From NCBI GenBank assembly GCA_031431875.1, contig JANPEF010000109.1:1-39878 (forward strand): 39,878 bases of DNA, read 5' to 3'. Under the pieces are notes generated by a model. The model was given only the letters and a program-made list of their open reading frames with translations, searched no databases and was not told the origin of the DNA. Each line of letters starts with the position of its first letter. Position 1 is the stretch's first letter. Positions 1 to 8,799 of the stretch are shown here, in pieces. The translations under genes and the position numbers were made by a program. Source of the DNA: Candidatus Eiseniibacteriota bacterium (lineage in GTDB: Bacteria > Eisenbacteria > RBG-16-71-46 > DASYSL01).

Positions 1-1
1 C

Positions 2-172
2 CTGGGGGCGCCCTACCGCGCGTGGCTCACCGGGACGCAGTCGAGCGGGGCGGTGAGTTCGGTCCTCAAGGCCACGGGGCTGGCCGTCGTCGAGCCGGAC
101 CGGGACCAGCTTGCGACCGGCGCGCACGCCGACGTCCTGATGACGTCAGGGCACGCGCCGATCGCGCGCTGA
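2..172 (+). CDS. moeA: 3' end of molybdopterin molybdotransferase (gephyrin-like), partial at window edge
   Basis: Frame +2 (not in ORF track) reads LGAPYRAWLTGTQSSGAVSSVLKATGLAVVEPDRDQLATGAHADVLMTSGHAPIAR*. The GxQSSG..SS..xAxGL pattern is typical of MoeA domain IV. TGA at 170-172. Confidence 0.75.
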   Translation: MGAPYRAWLTGTQSSGAVSSVLKATGLAVVEPDRDQLATGAHADVLMTSGHAPIAR

Positions 173-176
173 AGTC

Positions 177-2737
177 TCAACGCAGGCGCACGATCCTCCG
201 CTGCGCCGACCATTCCTCGCTCTGGAAGCTCACGAAGTAGATGCCTGCCGGCGCCGTTCCCCCGCCGCTGCGGCCTTCCCACGTGACCTCATGCACGCCC
301 GCCGCCTCGTCCTCATCACGCAGGACCGCGACGACGCGACCGCGCACGTCCATGATCGCCAGGCGCACGTGCTGATCGCGCGGCAGCGCGTAGCGAATGC
401 GGCTCGTGCCGCGCGACGGGTTTGCCGAGGCGAGATCGAACGCGAACGCCACCGGAATCACGGGCTCGACGCCCGTCGCATCCGAGATCGCCCACGCGGC
501 GTCGCTCGCGTCCTCGCCGGTTTGAACGTGATAGTCCCTGGCGACGACCTTGAGCCGCGCCAGCTGGGTGAGCGGCCCGGTCGAGGTCCACGCGTAGCTG
601 CCCGTGTTCGCCAGGTCGGTGGCGATCGACTCCCAGGTTGCGCCGTCGTCGCGCGACAGATAGAGGTCGACCGCGTCGACGCCGACGTTGTCGCTCGCCG
701 ACCAATCGAGGTTCACGCTCGCGCCCTGGACGACCGTTTCGCCGCCGTTCGGGGCGAGCACGGTCACGCTCGGCGGCGTGACGTCATCATCGTCGAGAAT
801 GGTGCCGGTCGCGATTGCGCGGTCGAGCACGGCGCCGAAAGGGTTCGACAGGACGAGCGTAAACGTCTCATCGGCCTCCGGCGTGGCGTCGGCGATGATC
901 GGTGCGGGCACATAGTACGAGGTATTCCCGGGCGCGAAGCTGATTGTGCCGAGCGTCGTGCCGTAATCGCTTCCCGGCAGGGCGGAGCCGGCGGCGGTGG
1001 TGAAGTCGACGGCCACGGGATCGACCGCCGGCTCCGAGAGCACCACGCGGAACTTCAGCGGGAACATCGGCCCCGTCCCTTCGACCTTGGTACTGTCGAG
1101 GACGGATACCTTCACGACGGTCGGGTCGCCGACCAGGAAATAGAAGTTGTTGTCGGTCGCCAGCGACTTCGTCGCGCCGAGAACCTCGAGGCTCGTGGGC
1201 GTGCGCACGCCGGTCGTCGTGCTGCGCCAACCGGTGTTGGGATCGAACGGGAGCGAAAACGCGAAGGGATTCATCCGGGCCACGAAGTTCGCCGGGTCAG
1301 CCCCCGCCGGGTAGTCCGGGCTGTCGTAGTGAAAAACCGCGTCGAAGCTCGTGAAAGTCTCTGTACCGAAGGTGGCGAACAGGAAGATCGACTGGACGAG
1401 TGTCAGGCTGTCGAGCTGCGTGCCCTGGTACGGCCACCCCTCGACCCCCTGACTGGGGATGGCCCATCCTCCGATCCGGATACTGTCGGGTACACCGTGA
1501 AGACGAAGATCGATCGGCTGGTACGCCTGGGCGTCCCCACCTCGAGCCTGATGATCGGGTTGCCGGGGGGAAGCTTGGACCGAAGCGAGCCGACAAGCCA
1601 GCCCGTGCTCGCGGAAGCTCCGAGAATCGAGCCGGTCGCCCCGAGGTCCAACGACATGGTGACGGTCCCGCGCACGAACTCCAGGATTCCCGGGATCGTG
1701 TGGAGCGAGCTCATCGCCATGCCGGCCGGATTGTCGATCGTGAGCTTCAGCGATGGCCGAAAGTTGATCCCCCGCCCGCTCACGGGGGTCGACGAATCGA
1801 CCAGGAGTTGGGTGACCGTGCCGTTCAGGCGGTAGTTGGCGCTGCCGCTGGAGGGCCCGAGTTGGAGCACGCCCAGGCCATTCGTGCGGATCGAGCCGCG
1901 CAGACTCAGCGCGCCGGTGAGCTGGCAATCCAAGACTCCCGAGTTGATCACGATGCTGTCCATCGTGCAGGGAGCCGAACCCGTCGTGAGCACCCCCGCC
2001 GAGCCGTTGTACTCGAAGTTCGCGTAGGTCCGCCCCGAGAACGATGGAGCTATGGCTGACGAGTCGAGCCGAAAGAGGCTGCCCGGTTCGAAGATCACGA
2101 CCGAGGACGGCTGCGCGGCGCCGAACGGGTCCGAGCCGGCCAACTGCGCATACACCGAGCCGGCCTGGAAGCGGACCGAGTTGAGACCGCTGGCGCCCGA
2201 GCCGGTGCCGAACATGTTGCCGATGAAACCGGTCGAGGCAACCGCGAAGCTGCCCGCGGCGAACGTGACGGCATCCGTGTCGAGCGCCTGCAGCCGGTCC
2301 GCGGCGCCGGCCATCGTCACGCCGCCCGCGATCGACCCGGTCGTCCCGGCGGCGAGGTTGATCAGCAGCGCGTTCGCGCCGGAGAGGATCAGCTCCGAGC
2401 CCGCGGTGATCTCGAGATCCGGACCCGTGCCCCCCAGGATCAGCTGCTGGTTGCCGGGCGCTCCCGCCTGGAGCGTGAGCGTGGTCCCGTTCGTGACGAC
2501 GAGCTGGCTGATCGCAAAGTTCGTCACGCCGGTTGCGCCCGTTGTGCCGCCGCCGTCGAACACGAGGCGGTCGGTTCCGAGAGGTGTCAGCCGATTCGGG
2601 GTCCAGTTGCCTGCCGATGTCCAAAAGGGTGGGCCGGTCGGCGTCCAGTGGTACTCGGTGGATTGAGCCGGGAGCGCGGTGGCGATCGCACAAGCAGCGA
2701 TGGCAAGGGACAGCATGCGCGGCATGGACGGTCCCAT
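177..2737 (-). pseudogene. Large secreted protein (Gly/Ser/Thr-rich beta-strand N-region, Calx-beta, Ig-like, C-terminal FlgD-Ig/T9SS-like domain) split by a 1-nt frameshift; may be an intact gene with a sequencing error
   Basis: ORF 1403..2737 has an RBS (GGAGAA), a signal peptide and plausible sequence up to ...IIRLEVG. The C-terminal half of ORF 177..2819 continues DAQAYQPIDLRL through Calx-beta (VDFTTAAGSALPGSDY...EADETFTLVLSNP...TILDDD) to DVRGRVVAVL...AGIYFV. One extra C in CCCC 1535-1538 joins them into ~853 aa. Confidence 0.8.
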
Positions 2738-2792
2738 GGCGGAGTTCTCCGAGTAGGCCTCGAATCAAGGGGAGGTATGAGTGAGGGCCGTG

Positions 2793-2801
2793 AGTGTAGC
2801 A
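2793..2801 (-). promoter_or_regulatory. Putative extended -10 promoter for the secreted protein gene
   Basis: Minus strand TGcTACACT about 55 nt upstream of ATG 2737. Confidence 0.4.
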
Positions 2802-2890
2802 TGTGGGATGGCGGCGCAAGGGGTGGATTGGGATTTCAGCCCCAGAGCTTCGTGGCTGTTGCGATCGCTGTGATCGCCTCCCTCGCCATC

Positions 2891-3226
2891 CCCGTCTCGT
2901 CGGCGATCGTGTTCGAGATGCGGGTGCGGCCCGCGATCTGGAGGATGCTCGGACGCTCCTCGCTCGATCGCCCGTTCGTGCGCGCCGTCATGGGCGAGGC
3001 GGTCGGCTCGAAGATCGGGCGCCGCGATTTCCTGCGCGCGCGCCTGGGGGCGCCTTACCGCGCGTGGCTCACCGGGACGCAATCGAGCGGGGCCGTGAGC
3101 TCGGTGCTGAAGGCCACGGGGCTGGCCATCATCGAGCCGGACGTCGACAGGATTGCAATCGGCACGCATGCCGACGTCCTCCTGACCTTGGGGCACACGC
3201 CGATCGGTCGTGTGGCTGCTCCATGA
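2891..3226 (+). pseudogene. moeA: Second, 5'-truncated copy of the moeA 3' end (~110 codons)
   Basis: PVSSAIVFEMRVRPAIWRMLGR...GRRDFLRARL...TQSSGAVSSVLKATGL starts just after where the MoeA LPGNP motif would be, with no credible start. 3043-3142 matches 1-100 at 92/100 nt (counted by hand). Confidence 0.8.
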
Positions 3227-3386
3227 GTTTGTCCGCCTAACTGCTCCGGCATTCTGTCCACGGTTCGGGTCAAAGTTCAGGGTCAGGAGTGTGGCGGGGA
3301 GCGTGGGGATTGGGGGTGGGCCTCAGGATGAACTGTCCCTACTCTGCGGTTCACTGCGTCGAGGAAGACCGGCCGCGACCAGTTCG

Positions 3387-3415
3387 TTGACCACCCGCCC
3401 CGCTGCTGGCAATAT
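3387..3415 (+). promoter_or_regulatory. Putative sigma70 promoter of the methyltransferase/glycosylase/endonuclease operon
   Basis: TTGACC-N17-CAATAT with TG at the extended -10 position, ~115 nt upstream of ATG 3529. Confidence 0.35.
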
Positions 3416-3528
3416 GCCCAAACGTCGCTCCCGCACGAAGGAATCGGACGCCTCCGAGCCGAAAGGAATCGCTCTTGCCCCCGCGCAGCCCCCACGCGCC
3501 TTCGCCCCCGCGTAAGGACAAACCAAAA

Positions 3529-4545
3529 ATGAGCTACCGGGTGATCGATCTCTTCGCGGGGATCGGCGGCATGCGTTTGGCATTTGAGCGCGCAGGCGCA
3601 CGGACGGTCTTCACCTCTGAGTGGGACAAGTACGCGCAGAAGACCTACGCGGCGAACTTCCCGGGCAAGATTGCCGGGGACATTACGACGATCGATCCGG
3701 AGTCGATCCCGGAGCACGACATCCTCGTCGCCGGCTTTCCCTGCCAACCGTTCTCGCTCGCGGGTGTGTCGAAAAAGAACAGCCTCGGGCGGCTGCACGG
3801 CTTCAAGGACCCAACCCAGGGCACGCTCTTCTTCAACATCAAGAGCATCATCGAGGCCCAGAAGCCGCGGGCGTTCCTGCTTGAGAACGTGAAGCACCTG
3901 GTCCGGCACGACAGCGGCCTCACTTTCGGCATCATCATGAACACGCTCCGCGACCGGCTCGGCTACGACGTTCAATACCGCGTCCTCGATGGTCGCGCCT
4001 TCGTGCCCCAACACCGCGAGCGCGTCTACATTGTGGGCTTCAAGCGCCCACTCGATTTCCGGTGGCCAACGATTCCTGTGGCCGCTCCTCGTCTCGGCTC
4101 CATTCTCGAGCAGTCCGTGGACAAGAAGTACACGCTGTCAGACAAGCTCTGGGTCTACTTGCAGGAGTACGCGCGGCGACACCAAGAGAAGGGGAATGGC
4201 TTCGGATTCGGCCTGTTTGGCCCGGAGGACGTCGCCCGTACTCTCAGTGCGCGGTACTATAAGGATGGCTCGGAAATTCTCATCCGCCAGCGCAATCGGA
4301 ATCCGCGGCGCCTGACGCCGCGGGAGTGCGCCTCCCTGATGGGATTTCCGGAGAACTTCAACATCCCGGTCTCCGACACGCGGGCCTACAAGCAGTTCGG
4401 CAACTCGGTCGTCGTTCCGATGGTCGAGGCGATCGCGAAGGAAATCGTCGCATGCCTCCAGCGAAACAAAACGCGACCCGCAGCCGAACTCGCAGCACAG
4501 GCTCGCGGAGAGCAGCTGCAGATCCGGGTCCCCGTCTCGAGCTGA
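3529..4545 (+). CDS. dcm: DNA (cytosine-5)-methyltransferase, Dcm/M.EcoRII-like (probably CCWGG)
   Basis: Motifs [26 protein letters not shown] and [21 protein letters not shown] and [15 protein letters not shown] are characteristic of the Dcm/EcoRII clade. RBS TAAGGA before ATG 3529. Confidence 0.92.
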   Translation: MSYRVIDLFAGIGGMRLAFERAGARTVFTSEWDKYAQKTYAANFPGKIAGDITTIDPESIPEHDILVAGFPCQPFSLAGVSKKNSLGRLHGFKDPTQGTLFFNIKSIIEAQKPRAFLLENVKHLVRHDSGLTFGIIMNTLRDRLGYDVQYRVLDGRAFVPQHRERVYIVGFKRPLDFRWPTIPVAAPRLGSILEQSVDKKYTLSDKLWVYLQEYARRHQEKGNGFGFGLFGPEDVARTLSARYYKDGSEILIRQRNRNPRRLTPRECASLMGFPENFNIPVSDTRAYKQFGNSVVVPMVEAIAKEIVACLQRNKTRPAAELAAQARGEQLQIRVPVSS

Positions 4546-4547
4546 AC

Positions 4548-5231
4548 GTGGTGACCGTGCGCAGGATTCGGCGCCTGCTCAAGACCTGGGGCCGAGCGAA
4601 CTTCGTGGACTATCCGTGGCGGACCGAGCCCAATCTGTGGCTCGGTCTCGCGACGGAGGTCCTGCTGCAGCGAACGCGCGCGACGCAGGTCGTCCCGGCA
4701 TTTGAGATCCTCCGAGATCGGTTCCCGGCGCCGGGGGCCGTTGCCGATGCACCATTCACCGCGATTCAGGACCTGTTCACCCCGCTCGGCCTTCGCTGGC
4801 GTGCCCGGTACTTTCACGACATGGGTCGACACCTTGACGCACTGGGAGTGATCCCGGCCAACGAGGCAGCGCTGCTTGCCGTTCCCGCAGTCGGGCCGTA
4901 CGCAGCCGCCGCGTTTCGCTCGCTGCACCTCCGGCGGCGGGCCGTAATTGTCGATGCGAACATCGTACGCTGGCTTGGTCGCGTCTTTGGATTCACAACG
5001 GACGGCGAGACCCGTCGAAAGCCGTGGCTGATCGCCCTGGCCGATCGCCTAACGCCCTCCATCGGCGTGCGCGAGTACAACTACGCGCTGCTTGATCTGA
5101 CCATGACCGTCTGCGGTGCCCGTCCGCGATGCGCCGATTGTCCGCTGAGCGGCGCTGGCTGCGCCCATGCACGAGGCGTGGCGTCGGGATCAGTCGATCA
5201 TCCAGTCCTAGTTGCTCGGCGGGCCCGATGA
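4548..5231 (+). CDS. HhH-GPD DNA glycosylase with 4Fe-4S motif, MIG/TDG-like (probable T:G/U:G mismatch glycosylase)
   Basis: YPWR, TEVLLQRT, HhH LLAVPAVGPY, catalytic VDANIVR, C-terminal CGARPRCADCPLSGAGC. About 227 aa with no MutY C-terminal domain. GTG starts 2 nt after the dcm stop (exact start uncertain). Confidence 0.82.
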   Translation: MVTVRRIRRLLKTWGRANFVDYPWRTEPNLWLGLATEVLLQRTRATQVVPAFEILRDRFPAPGAVADAPFTAIQDLFTPLGLRWRARYFHDMGRHLDALGVIPANEAALLAVPAVGPYAAAAFRSLHLRRRAVIVDANIVRWLGRVFGFTTDGETRRKPWLIALADRLTPSIGVREYNYALLDLTMTVCGARPRCADCPLSGAGCAHARGVASGSVDHPVLVARRAR

Positions 5232-6541
5232 CCCTCCAGACGGTCTTTCGGATGATGCGAGATCTCGGGGTCACGCGGCTCCTGCTGAAGCAACTCGCGC
5301 CAAACGACAACACCAAGAATCAGATCTACCTCGGGCCGGACCTCGAGACTCTTCAGGAGCTCCCGTTCTCGGGTGAGGTCACCTCCTCGACCTCCGAGAA
5401 CGGCCGCATCCAGCTGAAGGCCCCGCTCCACCTCGAGTGGTTGCGGACCGACGGCACGACCACGCCGGCACCTCACGCTCAACTCATCCTCTACCCGCAG
5501 TACCCGGAAGTTCGGCTCTCCGGACTCCTGCGCGGCTCCCACGGCGCTCCCAACGACGTCATTGCGAGTCGGAAGCCGGATCGACTCCTGGTCCTCGGCG
5601 CGCTTCAGGGCAGCCTCGTCGCGTGGGCGAGCGAGATGGATCAGGCGCTACAGATGGAGCTCCACTCGCTGGCCGGGTCACGCCAGGGTGTCTTCCTCGC
5701 CGTCGACTTGGCAGTCATCGAAGGCGAAGAGTCCAGCAGGTCCGTTCTAATCCGACACCTTGGCGAGATTCACGGAAAAGGGTGGATTAGCCCCTGGCGC
5801 CTCTCGGGAGCCGGTGATCCCCTGCCCTGCCGTGGTCAAAACTGCGGGGGCTTCACGCTCGAAGCCGAGCTCGGCATTCGCCCAAACTCTCGGGGCGAGC
5901 CTGACTACCTAGGGTGGGAAATCAAGCAGCACGCGGTCACCTCCTTCAAGAAGGCCGCCGGGAGCGGACGGATCACGCTCATGACGCCTGAGCCGGATGG
6001 GGGCTACTACGCGGAGCACGGCCCAGAGGCGTTTGTGCGGGCTTTCGGCTATGCCGACAAGATGGGCCGGATTGATCGGCTCAACTTCGGCGGGCTACAT
6101 CGCGTCGGGGTGTTTGCGAAGGCAACCGGCACGACCCTACAAACCCGGGGTTGCGACACGAGCGGCCGCATCACGGAAGCCGACGGGGCGATTCTGCTGC
6201 TCGATCGCGAGGGAACGGTCGCGGCCTCCTGGAGCTTCTCCAAGCTCCTCGCGCACTGGAACAAGAAGCACAACCGCGCGGCGTTTGTCCCGTCGATGAA
6301 GCGGGCAGCCCCGAGCGCCGCCTATGCTTTCGGACCAGAGGTACTGCTGGCCGAGGGGACCGACTTCGCACGCTTCTTGACGGCCATGATGGATGGCACC
6401 GTCTACTACGACCCAGGAATCAAGGTGGAAGGCGCCGCGAGCTCGCGACCAAGGGCAAAAGCTCGGAGTCAGTTCAGAGCGCCGTTCACGGACTTGTCGA
6501 GGCTCTACCGCATCACGACGCAGGTCGCCGTCACTGAATAG
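5228..6541 (+). CDS. MvaI/BcnI-family restriction endonuclease with N-terminal extension
   Basis: GFTLEAELGIRPNSRGEPDYLGWEIKQ (PD-(D/E)xK) and ITLMTPEP motifs. N-terminal KQLAPNDNTKNQIYLG...YPQYPEVRLSG. ATGA overlap with the glycosylase stop. Confidence 0.85.
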   Translation: MTLQTVFRMMRDLGVTRLLLKQLAPNDNTKNQIYLGPDLETLQELPFSGEVTSSTSENGRIQLKAPLHLEWLRTDGTTTPAPHAQLILYPQYPEVRLSGLLRGSHGAPNDVIASRKPDRLLVLGALQGSLVAWASEMDQALQMELHSLAGSRQGVFLAVDLAVIEGEESSRSVLIRHLGEIHGKGWISPWRLSGAGDPLPCRGQNCGGFTLEAELGIRPNSRGEPDYLGWEIKQHAVTSFKKAAGSGRITLMTPEPDGGYYAEHGPEAFVRAFGYADKMGRIDRLNFGGLHRVGVFAKATGTTLQTRGCDTSGRITEADGAILLLDREGTVAASWSFSKLLAHWNKKHNRAAFVPSMKRAAPSAAYAFGPEVLLAEGTDFARFLTAMMDGTVYYDPGIKVEGAASSRPRAKARSQFRAPFTDLSRLYRITTQVAVTE

Positions 6542-6641
6542 GGACGATTGATCTTGCCCGCGGAGAACCCCCTCTCTGCCAACGTACGTGAGACACCGAT
6601 CCCCCGGAAGTTTAGTGTAGAGGGCGAGTCGGGAAGTCGAG

Positions 6642-7046
6642 ATGTCCACGAGCCTGTCTGAGCGCATGGCGACCCCGGAGGTCGAGGTGACGGCGACGGC
6701 GAAGCGGCGACGGTTCACCGTCGCCGAGAAGCTCCGCGTTCTCAAGGAAGCTGCCGGCTGCACGAAGCCGGGGGAACTCGGCGCGCTGCTCCGTCGCGAG
6801 GGATTGTACTCCTCGCACCTGTCGGCATGGCGTCAGGCCCGCGATCGGGGCGAACTGGCCGGTGCTGCGAAGAAACGGGGCCCCACGCCGAAGCCGGTTG
6901 ATCCGCTGGCCAAGCGCGTGGCGGAACTCGAACGTGAGAACCGTCGCCTCGCGGCGCGCGCCGAGCGCGCCGAGGGGCTGGTTGAGCTCCAAAAAAAAGC
7001 GGCGGAGATCCTGCGGCTTCTCCCCGACTTCGACGAGCGTCGCTGA
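6642..7046 (+). CDS. IS3-family transposase OrfA (HTH + coiled coil)
   Basis: RRRFTVAEKLRVL...LLRREGLYSSHLSAWR...LERENRRL...ELQKK. Confidence 0.9.
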   Translation: MSTSLSERMATPEVEVTATAKRRRFTVAEKLRVLKEAAGCTKPGELGALLRREGLYSSHLSAWRQARDRGELAGAAKKRGPTPKPVDPLAKRVAELERENRRLAARAERAEGLVELQKKAAEILRLLPDFDERR

Positions 7047-8086
7047 TGGCGCTCATCGGCGAACAGGGACCCCGCTTCGGCGTTGCGCCCACCTGCGCTG
7101 CGCTCGGGTTTGCCCGGGCGACCTACTACCGCAACCGTCAGCCGCGGTTCGGCCCGCCGCGGCCGCGGCCGGCGCCGCCCCGGACGCTGTCGTCGGAGGA
7201 GCGCACGACGGCGCTCACGCTCCTCAATGAACCCCGGTTCGCGGACCTGGCCCCGGCGGAGATCTACGCCACGCTGCTCGATGAGGGCCGCTACCTGTGC
7301 TCGGAGCGCACGCTTTACCGGGTGCTGGCCGAGAACGCTCCGGTGCGCGAGCGACGCGATCAACTCCGGCATCCGCCCTACGCCGCGCCCGAGCTCCTGG
7401 CCACACGGCCGAACGAGCTGTGGAGCTGGGACATCACCCGGCTCCTGGGTCCCACCAAGTGGACCTACTTCTACCTCTATGTGATCCTCGACGTGTTCAG
7501 CCGCTACGCAGTGGGCTGGATGCTGGCACGCCGCGAGTCGGCGGTGCTCGCCGAGAAGCTGATCGCCACGTGCTGCGAGCGCCAGGACATCGCGCCCCGC
7601 CAGCTCACCGTGCACGCCGATCGGGGAGCGGCCATGCGGTCGAAGCCGGTGGCACTCCTCCTGGCCGATCTCGGCGTGACCAAGACCCACTCCCGACCGC
7701 ACGTCTCCAACGACAACCCGTACTCCGAGTCGCAGTTCAAGACCATGAAGTACCGGCCCGACTTCCCGGAACGCTTCGGCTCGATGGAGCATGGGCGTTC
7801 GCACTGCGGCGACTTCTTCCCCTGGTACAACACCGAGCATCATCACGTTGGCCTCGGGCTGTTCACGCCGCACGACGTGCACTATGGGCTCGCCGAGGCG
7901 AAGCGCGAAGAGCGCACGCTGGTGCTCGCCGAAGCGTTCGCCCGGCACCCGGAGCGGTTCCCCCGCGGGCGACCGGCGCCGAGGCCGCTCCCGACCGCCG
8001 TGTGGATCAACCCGCCGAAGGACCGCAACGTCGGCGAGAAACCAAACCTCACCCTGGAGGAGCAAAGCATCGTCGTGGCTCAGTAA
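7046..8086 (+). CDS. IS3-family transposase OrfB (DDE/rve integrase core)
   Basis: WSWDIT, ILDVFSRYAVGW, HADRG, NDNPYSESQFKTMKY, WYNTEHHH. Confidence 0.93.
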   Translation: MALIGEQGPRFGVAPTCAALGFARATYYRNRQPRFGPPRPRPAPPRTLSSEERTTALTLLNEPRFADLAPAEIYATLLDEGRYLCSERTLYRVLAENAPVRERRDQLRHPPYAAPELLATRPNELWSWDITRLLGPTKWTYFYLYVILDVFSRYAVGWMLARRESAVLAEKLIATCCERQDIAPRQLTVHADRGAAMRSKPVALLLADLGVTKTHSRPHVSNDNPYSESQFKTMKYRPDFPERFGSMEHGRSHCGDFFPWYNTEHHHVGLGLFTPHDVHYGLAEAKREERTLVLAEAFARHPERFPRGRPAPRPLPTAVWINPPKDRNVGEKPNLTLEEQSIVVAQ

Positions 8087-8119
8087 TCTCGCGAAGCGGG
8101 TGTCTCAAAGTCGTTGACA

Positions 8120-8390
8120 GGTTCCGCGGCTCGGCACCCGCCCCCAGTAGTAGTCGGCCCACGACTCGGACAGCGCGACCCGGCTCGGGAAGCGTCGCTT
8201 CGCAAGCACCTCTTCGACCGTCCACAGGTGATCCGTGATTCCCAGGCGCATGGCCGGCGACTCCCTGTCCGCCTTTCGATCCCGCTCGGAAAACGGCTTC
8301 ATCAAGTTGCGCCACACGGCGAAGATCGCCATCCGTCCGCACCCGCTCTGCAGGCGCTTGGAGAACGCGATCGTCTCGCGCTTGTGATGG
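8120..8390 (-). pseudogene. 3' fragment of an IS1-like/other DDE transposase
   Basis: Minus frame reads HHKRETIAFSKRLQSGCGRMAIFAVWRNLMKPFSER...SPAMRLGITDHLWTVEEVL. This resembles the T.AFSK...YN...TPAM..G.TD..W..EELL tail of IS1-like transposases. Truncated at both ends. Confidence 0.6.
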
Positions 8391-8789
8391 GAGGGAGGGT
8401 ATTACCGGGAGACGTTTCGTGCTTCGTCGACCGCGATCTACTTCCTTCTGCAGAAAGGGGAGTTCTCCGCGTTTCACCGGCTCCGCGCATCCGACGAGAT
8501 CTGGCATCACTACGTCGGGGATCCCATCGAACTCGACACGATCGATCCGGACGGCGTGCATCGGGTCACGATTCTCGGTTCCGACCTCGAACGGGGCGAG
8601 CGGCCACAGGCGATCGTTCCGGCCGGGACCCTGCAGGCGGCGGCCGTGCGCGGACACCGGTTCGCGCTGTGCGGCTGCACGGTCACTCCGGCATTCGACT
8701 TTGCCGACTTCGAGATGCCGACCCGTGACGAGTTACTGGCGGCGTTTCCTCGCCACGGGGCGGTGATCCGGCAGCGGACGAGGCTCTAG
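8391..8789 (+). pseudogene. 5'-truncated cupin_5 (DUF985) gene
   Basis: EGGYYRETFRASSTAIYFLL...SAFHRLRASDEIWHHY.GDP...PQAIVPAG...GCTVTPAFDFADFE. In-frame TGA at 8385-8387 and no start codon, so the L.PHP part before EGG is missing. Confidence 0.82.
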
Positions 8790-8799
8790 GGGGCCAGCG

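Larger units (their letters stand above)
6577..8119 (+). mobile_element. IS3-family insertion sequence, apparently intact
   Basis: Imperfect 21-bp terminal IRs, TGCCAACGTACGTGAGACACC (6577-6597) versus the reverse complement of 8099-8119, TGTCAACGACTTTGAGACACC (16/21 identical), with TG...CA ends. Contains orfA and orfB. Confidence 0.9.

Noticed and set aside
177..2819. 880-aa ORF as one real protein
   Set aside because: The N-terminal half is an Arg/His-rich off-frame shadow. Only the part after the 1535-1538 frameshift is real.
2648..2890. N-terminal part of the 192-aa plus ORF as a gene start
   Set aside because: It overlaps the start and promoter of the minus-strand gene and has no MoeA similarity before ~2891.
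3414..3515. 33-aa ORF before dcm as a controller (C) protein or leader
   Set aside because: No HTH pattern, no RBS, and its ATG overlaps the putative -10 box.
4548..5231. Annotation as mutY or nth
   Set aside because: It lacks the MutY C-terminal domain and the QQT/NQA residues, and has Tyr where Nth has its lyase Lys.
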